Below, piece by piece: positions 20,922 through 31,374 of a DNA stretch of 64,000 nt. The position numbers and the translations under genes are program-made. The notes under the pieces were generated by a model. It ran no database searches. It was given only the letters and a program-made list of their open reading frames with translations, and was not told the DNA's origin. This DNA is from an uncultured Nitrospinota bacterium (GTDB lineage: Bacteria; Tectomicrobia; Entotheonellia; J063; CAVPRW01): positions 130,752 to 194,751 of the forward strand of contig CAVPRW010000022.1 in assembly GCA_963707985.1 (NCBI GenBank), read 5' to 3'. Every line of letters starts with the position of its first letter. Positions within the stretch are counted from its first letter, which is position 1.

Positions 20922-21536
20922 GTGTTGGTGCCAATGGTGATTGAACAGACGAACCGTGGGGAGCGTGCTTACGATATCTATTCGCGGCTCCTCAAAGATC
21001 GCATCATCTTCCTGGGGACGCCGATCGACGATCATGTGGCTAACCTCATAATCGCGCAGATGCTGTTTCTGGAGGCGGATGATCCCGAGCAAGATATTTT
21101 CCTCTACATCAACAGCCCAGGAGGCTATGTGACCTCGGGGCTGGCACTCTATGATACCATGCAGTATATCCGACCTGATGTTTCAACGATCTGCATCGGG
21201 CAGGCGGCCAGCATGGGCTCTCTGTTGCTGACAGCCGGCGCTAAGGGCAAGCGGTATAGCCTGCCGCATGCCCGGATTATGATCCATCAGCCAGCAGGCG
21301 GCTTCCAGGGGCAAGCGACGGATATCGAGATCCAGGCACGCGAGATCCTGCGCATCAAGGAGGCCCTGGACACGATCATGGCCAAGCACACCGGCCAAGA
21401 CCTCGACCGCATCAAACGTGACACGGATCGCGATTTCTTCATGTCTGGTGAGCAGGCTAAGGAATACGGCCTCGTCGACGATGTCATCACCGTGCGTGGT
21501 CCGCGCAAGCTGTTCGAGACACCGAAAAGCTCATAG
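20922..21536 (+). CDS. clpP: ATP-dependent Clp protease proteolytic subunit
   Basis: [30 protein letters not shown]. Confidence 0.97.
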   Translation: MLVPMVIEQTNRGERAYDIYSRLLKDRIIFLGTPIDDHVANLIIAQMLFLEADDPEQDIFLYINSPGGYVTSGLALYDTMQYIRPDVSTICIGQAASMGSLLLTAGAKGKRYSLPHARIMIHQPAGGFQGQATDIEIQAREILRIKEALDTIMAKHTGQDLDRIKRDTDRDFFMSGEQAKEYGLVDDVITVRGPRKLFETPKSS

Positions 21537-21618
21537 ATCCGGCCCGAAGGCACCTGAGAAGTTTACCGGCTGAGCTTGTATGCAGCTAGCATCATAAGGC
21601 AGCAAAACTGGGATCACC

Positions 21619-21655
21619 GGCACGTAGCTTAGTGGGAGGGCGCTTGCTTGAGCGC
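21619..21655 (+). repeat. Degenerate 5' half of tRNA-Val (island attachment scar)
   Basis: GGCACGTAGCTTAGTGGGAGGGCGCTTGCTTGA matches 27254-27286 with 2 mismatches. Confidence 0.85.
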
Positions 21656-22135
21656 CTTCTCCCCTACAAAAAATTCCTTATGACTAATGGTTTTACCGAG
21701 GGTTTTTTGTTTGTCGGCTCGGTTGATGGGTGTGGTTTTCGGTTGTTGACATGCTAACTCTTTCTTCCAGAGCGCTTTAGTATAATGGGTATAGCCTCGG
21801 AGATTTACACCCTCGTGAGTGAGTTGAATACCGTCTTCAAGAAATACGTCCCGAAAGTTCAGGACACCGGGGCATTAGATACCTAAAGCATGCGGCCGAC
21901 GCCCCACACCTCAGCGCTAAACCCTATCCACTCTGCAGTATTAGGCATATCTATATTTCGGAATGCCTGCCTCATGTTCGCGAGTTAGCGTCTTCCCGCT
22001 GCCATCCCATTTTGAGCCACAGCGTGAGCCGGCCGCTTAGATTGCATCCCCTGACAGTGGTCTGCTACAATCGCTTACCAAACCGTAGAATTCGGCATAA
22101 CAACCGCTCTTCTGCCATCAGGATTGGGGAATACC

Positions 22136-23404
22136 ATGGCTGCCCCAGGGCGTACGCAGGTTTTCATCTGCTATAGTCATGAGGATGCCGAGTGGCTGAA
22201 ACGACTCCAGATCATGCTGAGGCCTCTCACCCGCAACCATTCCCTCGATATCTGGGATGACACCCGCATCCAGGCCGGGAGCCAGTGGCGAGAGGAGATC
22301 CGGAAGGCCTTAAATGCGGCAAAAGTGGCGGTGCTCCTGGTAAGCCCCAACTTCCTGGCATCGGATTTTGTCACCAATGATGAGCTCCCGACCCTGCTGA
22401 AAGCGGCTGAGAAGGGAGGACTGGCCATCCTCTGGGTGGCGGTGAGCCACAGCCTGTACGAGGTCACAGACATTGCAGCGTACCAGGCGGCCAACAATCC
22501 CACGACCCCCTTGGATTCCCTAGGCCCTTCGGCGCTGAACGCGGAACTTGTAAAGATTGCGCTAAAGATTCGTGAAGCCGCCCCTCGTCCAAACTCACTG
22601 AGATCAGAGAGTTCACCAGCGAGCGCCGCCCAGCAGCGGCCTGTCATTTCTCCTGGGAGCATACAGCCGTTTGAACCGGAGATCATGCTCATCCCCGCAG
22701 GTGAGTTCCTGATGGGCAGCGATCGCCAACACGACGAGGCTGCGTTTATTGATGAGGAACCCCAACACCGCCTCTATTTGCCCGACTACTACCTGGCAAA
22801 GACCCCGGTGACCAAGGCCCAGTACAGTGCCTTTGTTCTGGCCAGTGGCCGCGAGGCACCAAAGGGTTGGACCAACAGAACGCCCCCGCATGATGAGGAG
22901 GCTCATCCGGTGGTGTATGTCAGCTGGTACGACGCTAGGGACTATTGCCAGTGGTTGTCGAAGGTGACCGGACGAGGATACGATCTACCCAGCGAAGCGG
23001 AGTGGGAAAAGGGGGCACGGGGCACGAATAGCCGCATCTATCCCTGGGGAGACCGATGGCATGCTATGCGTTGCAACTCAGAGGAGACCGGCCAGGGTCA
23101 GACCACATCGGTCTATGCCTATCCTCAGGGAGCCAGCCCATATGGCTTGCTGGACACGGCCGGAAATGTGTTCGAATGGACGCGGAGTCGGTGGGGCACT
23201 GACTGGGGGCAGCCAACTTTTCGATATCCGTATACGCCAGACAATGGGCGGGAGGATGGTGACGCCTCTCCTGAGATGTTCCGTGTATTACGGGGCGGTG
23301 CGTTCGACAGTTCACCCCGGTTCGTGCGCTGTGCTTTTCGCCTCAGAAATCTCCCGAACGACCGCGTTCGAAGCATCGGGTTTCGGGTGGTGGTACTTAC
23401 GTGA
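22136..23404 (+). CDS. TIR domain + FGE-sulfatase (CLec) domain protein
   Basis: VFICYSHED...WDDTRI...[49 protein letters not shown]. Confidence 0.9.
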   Translation: MAAPGRTQVFICYSHEDAEWLKRLQIMLRPLTRNHSLDIWDDTRIQAGSQWREEIRKALNAAKVAVLLVSPNFLASDFVTNDELPTLLKAAEKGGLAILWVAVSHSLYEVTDIAAYQAANNPTTPLDSLGPSALNAELVKIALKIREAAPRPNSLRSESSPASAAQQRPVISPGSIQPFEPEIMLIPAGEFLMGSDRQHDEAAFIDEEPQHRLYLPDYYLAKTPVTKAQYSAFVLASGREAPKGWTNRTPPHDEEAHPVVYVSWYDARDYCQWLSKVTGRGYDLPSEAEWEKGARGTNSRIYPWGDRWHAMRCNSEETGQGQTTSVYAYPQGASPYGLLDTAGNVFEWTRSRWGTDWGQPTFRYPYTPDNGREDGDASPEMFRVLRGGAFDSSPRFVRCAFRLRNLPNDRVRSIGFRVVVLT

Positions 23405-23449
23405 TTCCTTTGGACACTGAGTCTCTGGGCTCTGATGCGCTTGCCTCGT

Positions 23450-23626
23450 CTACCCTGTGGTCAACTCTTGGGCACGATGGGGTGGCCCAAACTGTTTCGC
23501 CACGGCATCCTGCGAGACTCGATTGACGTGCCTCCTAAAGTAGCGCCCTTGCTGATTCTCACAAGCCACGAGTGCGAGCGGCAGCAACGCCAACGCAGCC
23601 AACCGTAGAATCCGTTGCACAGTCAT
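23450..23626 (-). pseudogene. Truncated lipoprotein
   Basis: GGAGG SD; lipobox LVAC; stops soon after FGPPH. Confidence 0.5.
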
Positions 23627-24098
23627 GTCCTCCTTCATCTTGCGTGTGCTCATCCCTCGCGGCCATGAGCGGAGCTGTTTCAGCTGTTGCTGGGCGATCG
23701 TCTGCGCGCGTACCTTCCTCAAGCCCATGTGGGCGTGTCCTGCCTATGGGATGGTCTGTCATGCGATGCGCCGATAGCTGTCCCCGAGGTTATGAAAGAA
23801 TCCCTCTGGATATTATACAGGCATGAGCCCAAAGGATCTCATCCTCACGCACGACGAGGGAGGGTTGGTGGGGGCAGACACAGGCAGCGGGTGAGGTGGC
23901 TTCGTGAAGAGCCGCAGCCCTGCTCAAGGCCCCTGCGGGCACATAGGAAGACCAGGGCGAGGCCGGAACGTTGCTAATGGTTGACCTGTCCTCCCCGCCT
24001 TGCTATGCTCGACCTGATGTTGTGGCATGCCTGCCTCCTCCGGCCTTGTGTGCAAGCTAGACGTACGTCTGACACGGAGTTATCCTAGAGGAATCACC

Positions 24099-25067
24099 AT
24101 GAAGCGTCGCCATGTGGGGCTCCTCGTCCTCCTCGTCCTCGGCATCCTGCCAGCGCTGCATACCTCCCAGGCCCTAGTGGGGCGCATCTCGGTGATCGGG
24201 ATCCTCATGCCCACCTCTGCGGAGGTAGCCGCCCCGGCGCTGCAGGCCTTTCGGCAGGCACTCGGCACGCTCGGCTATCAGGAGGGTCAGACCTTCGTCT
24301 TCGAGCCCCGCTTTGCGGATGGGGTGTATGAGCGCGTGCCGGCTCTGGCAGCAGAGCTGGTACGGCTCCGGGTCGACGTGCTGCTGGCTGGAAGTCCCGC
24401 CATGATTCGGGCCACCACGCAGGCGACCAGCACGATTCCCATCGTCGGCATTGGGGTTCGCACTGGGCTTTTCGCCCGCTTTACTCAACAGGGCGCGAAC
24501 CTGACGGGAGTCGGCACCGGCGGAGAGGAAGTGTATCGCCGGGCACAGGCGCTGCTCCAAGCCGTCGTGCCGGGCGTCTCCCGCGTGTCCATCCTCTGGG
24601 ATGCCCATAGCCCCGTCACCGGCCAGACTTGGCTCAGGCTGGCGGCTCGACTGACGGGAGTCCGCTTGCACTTGGTGGAGGTCCACGGGCCGCAGGACTT
24701 CGAGCGGGCCATCGCCACGGCGCGCACCGAGCAGGCTGACGCCCTCATCGTGCCGGCGTCCGGGCTATTTGCCATGGACCCCACCCGCATCGGTATCCTG
24801 GCCGTGCAGAACCGACTGCCGACCTTGGGCCCGATCCGGGAGTTTGCCGAGGCGGGCTGCCTGATGACCTATGGGCCGAACACGGCCGAGATGTTCCGGA
24901 GGGCCGCCATCTACGTGGACAAGATCCTGAAGGGGTCGAAGCCAGCCGACCTCCCCGTGGAACCTCCATCAAAATTCGAGCTGGCAATCAACCTGAAGAC
25001 GGCTCAGGCCCTGGGCCTCACCATCCCCACGACGCTCCGCGCCCAGGCGGATGAACTGATCCAATGA
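24099..25067 (+). CDS. ABC transporter substrate-binding protein (ABC_sub_bind family), orphan
   Basis: AELVRLRVDV, YVDKILKGSKPADLPVE.P.KFEL.INLKTAQALGLTIP. Confidence 0.88.
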   Translation: MKRRHVGLLVLLVLGILPALHTSQALVGRISVIGILMPTSAEVAAPALQAFRQALGTLGYQEGQTFVFEPRFADGVYERVPALAAELVRLRVDVLLAGSPAMIRATTQATSTIPIVGIGVRTGLFARFTQQGANLTGVGTGGEEVYRRAQALLQAVVPGVSRVSILWDAHSPVTGQTWLRLAARLTGVRLHLVEVHGPQDFERAIATARTEQADALIVPASGLFAMDPTRIGILAVQNRLPTLGPIREFAEAGCLMTYGPNTAEMFRRAAIYVDKILKGSKPADLPVEPPSKFELAINLKTAQALGLTIPTTLRAQADELIQ

Positions 25068-25799
25068 CGCTGGACATGGACGCATGAGCCAAGTCCGCTC
25101 GTCTCGGCCCCTGCTTATCTGTGGCACCTCGCTCTGCTAATCTATGCCTATACCTGCATTTATTCTGGCAGCGCCCGTTCCAACTCCTCCAGTGCATCGC
25201 CGAGAGCCAGGGGCTGCGGCCCTATGACCTCCATCAACTTTACCTGACTTGTAGGCTTTCGCAGATAGGCGTTGACGTAGCATGGCTTCGACGACATGAC
25301 GGTTCTCCGACCCACTCACCTTAATGAGATTGTTTGTGGGTCGCCTTGGTCGGGACCGGACGTTTTATCTCTTCAAGGCGAGTGAGCGTCCAAAGCTGCC
25401 AAGTGACCTAGCGGGCACAACGGGCGTCGAATATTCGAATATATAGTAGCCAGGCCCAAGTCATGGAAGGCGTTTATCTTCGGCTTAGTGAGCGGACCGG
25501 CAAGCTCAGAAATCTAACAGTGCCGAGTGGGGTGTTTCGCACCTGGCCGTCCGCGCAGAGGCCAGTCCCACCTGTCGACCGGCCTCAACGATACCCGCTA
25601 GACGCCCAGAATCGCCCTACGATCAATGAGCGACCATCAGGGATGAACTCAGTTCCCCTGCTCTGTGTCATCCCCACTTGACCAGCCACGTGCGCCCGCT
25701 TTGATTGCTTCCTGCCCACTGGTCTGCTAGAATCCGCTGCCAAACGACACACCTCACCACGTCAACCGCTCTTCCACCGTGAGGATTGGGGGGTATTCC

Positions 25800-27200
25800 G
25801 TGCCTGCCCCAGAACGCACGAAGGTGTTCATCAGCTATAGCCGTCTGGATGCCAGATGGTTGCAGCGATTCCAGACGATGCTCAAGCCCCTCGAACGAAA
25901 TCATACCATCACCGTCTGGGATGATACGAAAATTAAGGCTGGGGCGGAGTGGAAGTCAGAGATTGAGAAGGAGCTGGCCTCAGCACGCGTGGCGGTGCTC
26001 CTGGTGAGTCCCAATTTCCTGGCCTCGGACTTCATAGCCAACAGTGAGGTACCTCCCTTGTTGAAGGCGGCCAAGGATGATGGCCTGACCATCCTGTGGG
26101 TCGCGGTGAGTGCAAGCTTGTACAGGCGAACGGACATTGCGAAGTACCAAGCGGCGAACGATCCGGCGCGGCCATTAGATCGCTTAAGCGCGGGGGGCGT
26201 TGAATCAGGAGCTGGTGAAGATTGCTGAGATGATCGCAGAGGCTGCAAGCCATCCATGCGATCCGAGTGCAGGATACCTCCGCAGAGGACGCTCCTCAAG
26301 GGCGAGAGACGCCCAGATCGGGTGTTCAGGAATTTCCTCCTCCGACCTCCAGTGCAACTCCCGAAACACCACCGGATCATCCCGAGGGGGCGACGCCACA
26401 GACCCCACCTGAAGGGACTTCCACTGCTGTGCCTTCAGAGGTGCGACGCGCAGCTGGAGCGGATGCGGTCAAGCGATCTGGATGTCCGCGAGCGTGTGGC
26501 GGCTGGCAATGCCCTGGCGCAACAAGGCGACCCGCGCTTCCGCGCCGATGCCTGGTACTTACCCGATGAGCCGCTGCTGGGCTTTGTCGAGATTCCCGCG
26601 GGGCCGTTTCTCATGGGGAGCGATAAGGCCCATGATCCGGGTGCGTTTGACGATGAGCTCCCGCAGCACGAGGTCACGCTGCCACGCTATTTCATCGGCC
26701 GCTATCCGGTGACGGTGGCGCAGTTTCGGGCGTTTGTCGAGGGTAGGGGCTCTCGGCCGGAAAACCCAGAGAGCGTGCAGGGATTCGCCAATCATCCCGT
26801 GGTGTTTGTGAGCTGGTACGAAGCCCAACACTACTGCGACTGGCTCACCGAACGGCTGCGAGCATGGCCGGGGACGCCGGAGCCTCTGGCGAGCTCTCAT
26901 ACGCCACGAAGGCTGGCAGGTCGGCTTGCCAAGCGAAGCGGAGTGGGAGAAGGCGGCACGCGGCCCGATGGGCGCATCTATCCCTGGGAATGATCCGGAC
27001 ACCGATCGGGCGAATTACGAAATCACGGGCATCAATAGCACTAGTGCAGTAGGATGTTTCCCCGGTGGGGCAAGCCCCTATGGCGTCGAGGACTTGAGCG
27101 GCAATGTCTGGGAATGGACGCGGAGTCCGGAGGGGTTCTCCCCTCTGGTCGTCCGCGGTGTGTCTACGAAAAACCGCCTAACTGTGACGGAGACTCTTAT
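25800..27200 (+). pseudogene. Second TIR + FGE-sulfatase paralogue, frameshifted and C-terminally truncated
   Basis: TIR closely similar to 22136; FGE motifs across several frames; ends after GNVWEWTRS with no RGG/GFR tail. Confidence 0.85.
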
Positions 27201-27212
27201 GACGGAAACCCC

Positions 27213-27241
27213 TTGACGACCTTCGTGTAACTGTGTAGTAT
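27213..27241 (+). promoter_or_regulatory. sigma70 promoter of tRNA-Val/thrS
   Basis: TTGACG-17 bp-TAGTAT, 11 bp before the tRNA. Confidence 0.6.
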
Positions 27242-27252
27242 TGTGCACTCAT

Positions 27253-27327
27253 AGGCACGTAGCTCAGTGGGAGAGCGCTTGCTTGACGCGCAAGAGGTCG
27301 GCGGTTCAATCCCGCCCGTGCCTACCA
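27253..27327 (+). tRNA. tRNA-Val(GAC)
   Basis: Cloverleaf; loop TT-GAC-GC; encoded CCA. Confidence 0.95.
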
Positions 27328-27409
27328 GCTCCCTTCGTACACAATCATGTATTCCTGCGCTTCTACTCCCCGTCGGCAGGAGTTGAGCCACCAAGAAGGA
27401 TCAGCGCCC

Positions 27410-29344
27410 ATGCCAGAGCGCGATATCAGCATTACACTTCAGGACGGCTCGCAGCGTCGTGTGCCGGCCGGGACTCCGGCGCTGGAAGTGTTGTGTGGGC
27501 CATCCCAGCAAGTGCCTGACGACCTGATCGCGGCGCGCGTGAATGGTAAATCCTGGGATCTCGCCAGGCCTCTCACCGACGACGCCAAGGTCGAGCCCAT
27601 CATGTGGGACGACCCCGAGGGGCAGCGGATCTACCACCATAGCACGACTCACATCATGGCGCAGGCCGTCAAAGCGCTTTTCCCCGAGACCAAAATTACC
27701 ATCGGCCCCGCCATCGATGACGGTTTCTACTACGATTTCGACCGCCCAGAGCCGTTCACGCCGGAAGATTTGGAACGCATCGAATCCAAGATGCGCGAGA
27801 TCATCGCCGCTGACTACACGGTCCACCGTATGGAGTGGCCACGGGCACAGGTGCGGGACTACTTCGGGCAGCGTGCTGAAGACTATAAGGTCGAGCTCCT
27901 CAGTGAATTCGAAGGGGACGTCTTCAGTTGCTACCAGCAGGGGGACTTCATCGACCTGTGCATCGGGCCACATGTCCATTCCACGGGCTGCATCAACGCG
28001 ATCAAGTTGCTCAAGGTCGCTGGAGCCTATTGGCGGGGCGATGAGCATAAGCAGATGTTGCAGCGCATCTACGGCACCTCCTGGCCCTCGGAGGAGATGC
28101 TGCAGCAATATCTACATAAGCAGGAAGAAGCCCGTAAGCGGGATCACCGTGTGTTGGGCCGCCAATTGGACCTGTTCTCGATTAACGAGATGGTAGGACC
28201 TGGGCTGGTGCTCTGGCATCCCAAGGGCGCGATGGTCCGCTATGTGATCGAGAGCTTCTGGCGTGAAGAGCACCTGCGCCGCCGCTATGATTTGGTGTAT
28301 ACGCCCCATGTAGGACGCATTCAGCTCTGGGAAACGAGCGGCCATCTTGGCTGGTACAAGGAAAATATGTTTGCCGCCATGGAGATGGAAGGGCAGGATT
28401 ACATGGCCAAGCCGATGAATTGCCCCTTCCATATCCAGGTGTACCAGTCGAAGCTGCGCAGCTACCGCGAGCTGCCGGTGCGTTTGTTCGAGCTCGGCAC
28501 GGTATACCGCTATGAGCGCGGTGGGGTGTTGCATGGTCTGCTGCGCGTCCGCGGCCTGACGCAGGATGATGCGCACATTTTCTGCCGACCTGATCAAATC
28601 AATGCCGAGGTCGAAGGAGTGCTGGATCTCGTGTTCTTCATGATGAAGTCGTTCGGGTTCGAGCAATATAAGATCGATCTGTCGCTGCGTGATGCCAAGG
28701 ATCGGACCAAGTACATCGGCAGCGATGAGGTCTGGGACCAGGCAGAGCAGGCCCTCGAGACCACCTTGCAGCACATGGGCCTCCCCTATAAGCGTGCCGC
28801 CGGCGAGGCCAACTTTTATGGCCCGAAGATCGACATCATGCTGGTCGATGCGATCGGACGCGAATGGCAGCTACCCACCGTGCAGCTCGATTTCCAGTTG
28901 CCGGAGCGCTTCGACCTGACATATATGGGGGAAGATGGCAAGCACCATCGTACGGTAATGATTCATCGGGCCATTCTGGGGAGCATCGAGCGTTTCTTCG
29001 GCATCTTGATCGAACACTATGCTGGTGCCTTTCCCGTGTGGCTGGCGCCGGTGCAGGTCCGTCTCATGACCATCACCGATCGGCAGCGAGAGTACGTCAG
29101 CCAGGTGGGTGAGCGATTGGTGGCTGCCGGCATTCGAGCCGAGACCGATCTGCGCAACGAGAAAATCTCCTATAAGATCCGTGAGGCGCAAACCGAGAAA
29201 ATCCCGTATATGCTGGTGGTGGGCGACCGTGAGGTGGCCGCCGGCAAAGTTGCGGTACGTTTGCGGAGCGGCAAAGACCTTGGTCCCATGCCAGTTGACG
29301 AGGTTCTTGCCAGGATTCGTGAGGAAATTGCCCAGAAGGCCTGA
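27410..29344 (+). CDS. thrS: Threonine--tRNA ligase
   Basis: TGS domain, HSTTHIMA, DLCIGPH, KPMNCPFH, YGPKID, MIHRAILGSIERF. Confidence 0.98.
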   Translation: MPERDISITLQDGSQRRVPAGTPALEVLCGPSQQVPDDLIAARVNGKSWDLARPLTDDAKVEPIMWDDPEGQRIYHHSTTHIMAQAVKALFPETKITIGPAIDDGFYYDFDRPEPFTPEDLERIESKMREIIAADYTVHRMEWPRAQVRDYFGQRAEDYKVELLSEFEGDVFSCYQQGDFIDLCIGPHVHSTGCINAIKLLKVAGAYWRGDEHKQMLQRIYGTSWPSEEMLQQYLHKQEEARKRDHRVLGRQLDLFSINEMVGPGLVLWHPKGAMVRYVIESFWREEHLRRRYDLVYTPHVGRIQLWETSGHLGWYKENMFAAMEMEGQDYMAKPMNCPFHIQVYQSKLRSYRELPVRLFELGTVYRYERGGVLHGLLRVRGLTQDDAHIFCRPDQINAEVEGVLDLVFFMMKSFGFEQYKIDLSLRDAKDRTKYIGSDEVWDQAEQALETTLQHMGLPYKRAAGEANFYGPKIDIMLVDAIGREWQLPTVQLDFQLPERFDLTYMGEDGKHHRTVMIHRAILGSIERFFGILIEHYAGAFPVWLAPVQVRLMTITDRQREYVSQVGERLVAAGIRAETDLRNEKISYKIREAQTEKIPYMLVVGDREVAAGKVAVRLRSGKDLGPMPVDEVLARIREEIAQKA

Positions 29345-29421
29345 TGGCTGCACCAGCCAGGGTCGCTGCCGGCTCCTGTGAGTCCTGTAGGATATGAGTG
29401 GAAGCTTTTTTCGAGGTCGTT

Positions 29422-29619
29422 ATGCCCAAGATGAAGACCAAACGAAGTGCCGCCAAGCGTTTCCGCAAGACGGCGACCGGCAAGTATAAGATGAAGCATG
29501 CGTTCATGCGCCATCAGTTGACGCACAAGCCACGTCAGCGCAAGCGGCATCTGCGAGGCTCGAGCATCGTCCCAGCGACCGATTCGCACCGGCTAGACCG
29601 CCTGCTGCCATACCTGTAA
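29422..29619 (+). CDS. rpmI: 50S ribosomal protein L35
   Basis: MPKMKTKRSAAKRFRKTATGK...LLPY. Confidence 0.97.
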   Translation: MPKMKTKRSAAKRFRKTATGKYKMKHAFMRHQLTHKPRQRKRHLRGSSIVPATDSHRLDRLLPYL

Positions 29620-29746
29620 TGCGAGGGATGAGTGCTGAGTTAGGATGAAATCGGGCTGCAGCAGATTTCTCATGATGGACTCAGCATCCAGGACTCCGCA
29701 CTTGCCTGTGAGCGCAGTCGAGCGCTCACGTTAGAAGGGAGTGGAA

Positions 29747-30118
29747 ATGCCAAGGGCAACAAGTGGCCCGGCCACCCACCGTCGTCATAAAAAAATGCTC
29801 AAGATGGCCAAGGGCTACTGGGGAGCGCGACGACGCGCCTACAAACTGGCCCAGGATACCGTCTTACGTGGGTTGAAGTACGCCTATCGCGACCGGCGTG
29901 TGCGCAAGCGCGATTTTCGCCAACTGTGGATCGCTCGCATCAATGCCGCGGCACGTCTGCATGGCCTCTCGTATAGTACCTTCATGCATGGCCTGAAGCT
30001 AGCTCAGGTCGAGTTGGACCGCAAGACGCTCGCCGACCTCGCGGTGCGTGATCCCGAAGCGTTCGGGCAGATCGCCGCCATCGCTAAGACCCAGCTCTCA
30101 ACGGTATCAGCCGAATGA
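29747..30118 (+). CDS. rplT: 50S ribosomal protein L20
   Basis: [32 protein letters not shown]. Confidence 0.97.
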   Translation: MPRATSGPATHRRHKKMLKMAKGYWGARRRAYKLAQDTVLRGLKYAYRDRRVRKRDFRQLWIARINAAARLHGLSYSTFMHGLKLAQVELDRKTLADLAVRDPEAFGQIAAIAKTQLSTVSAE

Positions 30119-31128
30119 AAGCGCAGCTCGAAGCCTGGCAATATGAAGTCGAGACCGCCCTGCCGAGCCTGGATGAGGCCAAGAGCATCGACCAACTGCG
30201 GGTCAAATATCTCGGCAAGAGAGGCGTGATCACGCTGGCGGTACGTGAGATTGGCAAGCTACCGCCGGCCGAACGCCCCGTGATGGGGAAAGTCGCCAAC
30301 GACGTGAAGGCGACGATCGAACAGCTCATAGACGTCCGTCTGGCAGAGGTGCAAGCGCAGGAGCTGCAGAAAACTCTGCTCACCCAGGCCCTCGATGTGA
30401 CGCTTCCGAGCCGCCTTCCGGGGCGCGGGCACAAGCATCCACTGACGCAGGTGCTTGAGGACGTCGAGGAGATCTTTCATGGCCTCGGCTTTCGTGTCGC
30501 CGAGGGGCCTGAAGCGGAGCTCGACTATTATAATTTTGAAGCGCTGAACATCCCGCGCGATCACCCGGCCCGCGATATGCAGGATACATTTTACATTTCC
30601 GATGACGTGGTCTTGCGGACACACACCTCGCCGGTGCAGATCCGCACGATGGAGAAGCAACCACCGCCCGTGCGCATCATCGTGCCGGGGAAAGTCTATC
30701 GCTGCGACGCTGACGTACGACATAGCCCGATGTTCCACCAGGTCGAGGGCTTGATGGTCGACCGCGATATCTCACTCGGCGACCTGAAGGGCGTGTTAGA
30801 GGTCTTCATCCAGCAATTTTTCGGACCATCCGTCAAAATGCGCTTTCGTCCCAGTTACTTCCCGTTCACCGAACCCAGTGCCGAGGTAGATATTCAGTGC
30901 GTCAAGTGTCAGGGAAGTGGCTGCCAGCTCTGTGGCTCAGGGTGGTTGGAGATCTTAGGGTCAGGTATGGTGCATCCCGCCCTGTATAGCTTCGTCGGCT
31001 ACGATCCTGAGGTGTATACGGGTTTTGCCTTTGGAATGGGCGCCGAGCGTTTGGCCATGCTGAAGTATGGGATTGACGACATCCGTCTCTTCTACGAAAA
31101 CGACCTGCGGTTCCTCCAACAGTTCTAG
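30115..31128 (+). CDS. pheS: Phenylalanine--tRNA ligase alpha subunit
   Basis: [33 protein letters not shown]. Confidence 0.98.
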   Translation: MKAQLEAWQYEVETALPSLDEAKSIDQLRVKYLGKRGVITLAVREIGKLPPAERPVMGKVANDVKATIEQLIDVRLAEVQAQELQKTLLTQALDVTLPSRLPGRGHKHPLTQVLEDVEEIFHGLGFRVAEGPEAELDYYNFEALNIPRDHPARDMQDTFYISDDVVLRTHTSPVQIRTMEKQPPPVRIIVPGKVYRCDADVRHSPMFHQVEGLMVDRDISLGDLKGVLEVFIQQFFGPSVKMRFRPSYFPFTEPSAEVDIQCVKCQGSGCQLCGSGWLEILGSGMVHPALYSFVGYDPEVYTGFAFGMGAERLAMLKYGIDDIRLFYENDLRFLQQF

Positions 31129-31315
31129 TCCTTTGCGGTCAGACATCTCGCGTTCCCTCACGTCGTGGCCATCAGGGGAGCGTGACAGTATCAGCAGCAC
31201 CTCCCCTGTGCCATCTCCCCCCGAGGGTTGAGGCGGATTCTTCCCTGGGAAAGCAGGTTGCCCTCTTGCCTGCCCGAGAGGGGTGGTGGGAGGACACATT
31301 GGGCCTCGGCTCTTT

Positions 31316-31352
31316 CCCCCTCACCCCGGTCCTCTCCTGATGGGAGAGGGGG
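31316..31352. repeat. REP-like palindromic repeat
   Basis: CCCCTCACCCCGGTCCTCTCCTGATGGGAGAGGG in the pheS-pheT gap. Confidence 0.65.
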
Positions 31353-31374
31353 AAAGAACATAGGACGGTACATC

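Noticed and set aside
22124..27216. Complete DGR within the window
   Set aside because: No reverse transcriptase, Avd or adenine-rich template repeat seen; only a candidate target gene.
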